Source: Candidatus Eiseniibacteriota bacterium (GTDB lineage: Bacteria; Eisenbacteria; RBG-16-71-46; JABDJR01). Taken from it: a stretch of 64,000 bases of DNA. Each line of letters starts with the position of its first letter. Position 1 is the stretch's first letter. Where the stretch lies: NCBI GenBank assembly GCA_963762255.1, contig CAVXKA010000002.1, positions 928,001 to 992,000 on the forward strand, written 5' to 3'. Position numbers and translations under genes: made by a program. Shown here in pieces: positions 63,494 through 64,000 of this stretch. The notes below the pieces were generated by a model, which worked only from the letters and a program-made list of their open reading frames with translations, ran no database searches and was not told the origin of the DNA.

Positions 63494-63555
63494 TTGACAT
63501 ATATTTAACCAACAAAATAGTTGCAGTATCTATATTTAGCTTGTATATTTATCTG
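63494..63555 (+). promoter_or_regulatory. AT-rich promoter region with perfect TTGACA
   Basis: TTGACA at 63494-63499 in a strongly AT-rich island upstream of the last gene; -10 box ambiguous. Confidence 0.4.
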
Positions 63556-63686
63556 TGAGACGAGCGCAACGAGTTCGGTTCCCCTCCCCTCAGCGCGTTC
63601 GATGCCTCGTTCTCGATCCCTCTCAGGAACGCGCGGCTTCCCCTCGGTCATCGCGTCAGAAAACGGGCAACTCCGGAGGTGTATCC

Positions 63687-64000
63687 ATGCAGAAACGCCT
63701 GATGTTCACCTTGGTGCTCCTGCTTGCCTGGTCAGCGCTCGCGCTGGCCCGACCGGCGGACAACACCAATGTGAACGCCAAATTCCAACTCGTCACCCTC
63801 TCGTCGGAGAAGGCGCTCTCCGCGGCGGAAACGCCGGGCGTGACGACCGCCGCCCAACCGGGCACCACATTCTTCGGCGGCACGGTCTGGGCCGCCGACT
63901 CCTCCCGATGGGAGGCGATTCAAGACTCCATTTGGACGTTCGACTCCGGCGCGGGATCGCACTTCGATTTCTCGGCACCCGGCGTCAACCCGTACAAGTA
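63687..64000 (+). CDS. N-terminus of a secreted protein truncated by the window edge
   Basis: GGAGG RBS; manual translation MQKRLMFTLVLLLAWSALALARPADNTN...; open to the end. Confidence 0.75.
   Translation, partial: MQKRLMFTLVLLLAWSALALARPADNTNVNAKFQLVTLSSEKALSAAETPGVTTAAQPGTTFFGGTVWAADSSRWEAIQDSIWTFDSGAGSHFDFSAPGVNPYK

Overview
GC-rich bacterial chromosomal window, gene-dense, with about 57 CDS. No rRNA, tRNA or CRISPR array was recognised. Secreted proteins ending in FlgD-Ig-like or 'TWGxIKxxY' tails suggest an Eisenbacteria/Latescibacteria/Krumholzibacteria-like candidate lineage (inference). Most of the window is housekeeping: tag, mutY, sufS, fused 2-oxoacid dehydrogenase E1, pit, dapE-dapC-dapD, htpX/lemA, fabI, rnhB, korAB, murB, pfp, pgi. 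Highlights: (1) a DUF222-like HNH endonuclease gene (7542-8852) carrying repeated TCACCCGGGTGA palindromes and followed by a stem-loop element, with a second ORF-free copy of palindrome plus stem-loop at ~21.0-21.2 kb showing compensatory base changes; this is a candidate autonomous/non-autonomous HNH-linked element; (2) a four-gene candidate sphingolipid operon (spt, GNAT ceramide synthase, reductase, PAP2/Aur1-like enzyme); (3) microcompartment encapsulation-like peptides on RpiB and its truncated neighbour; (4) tandem secreted proteins with a TWG tail and tandem paralogous lipoproteins. Seven +1 frameshifts in six genes are most likely sequencing or assembly insertion errors.
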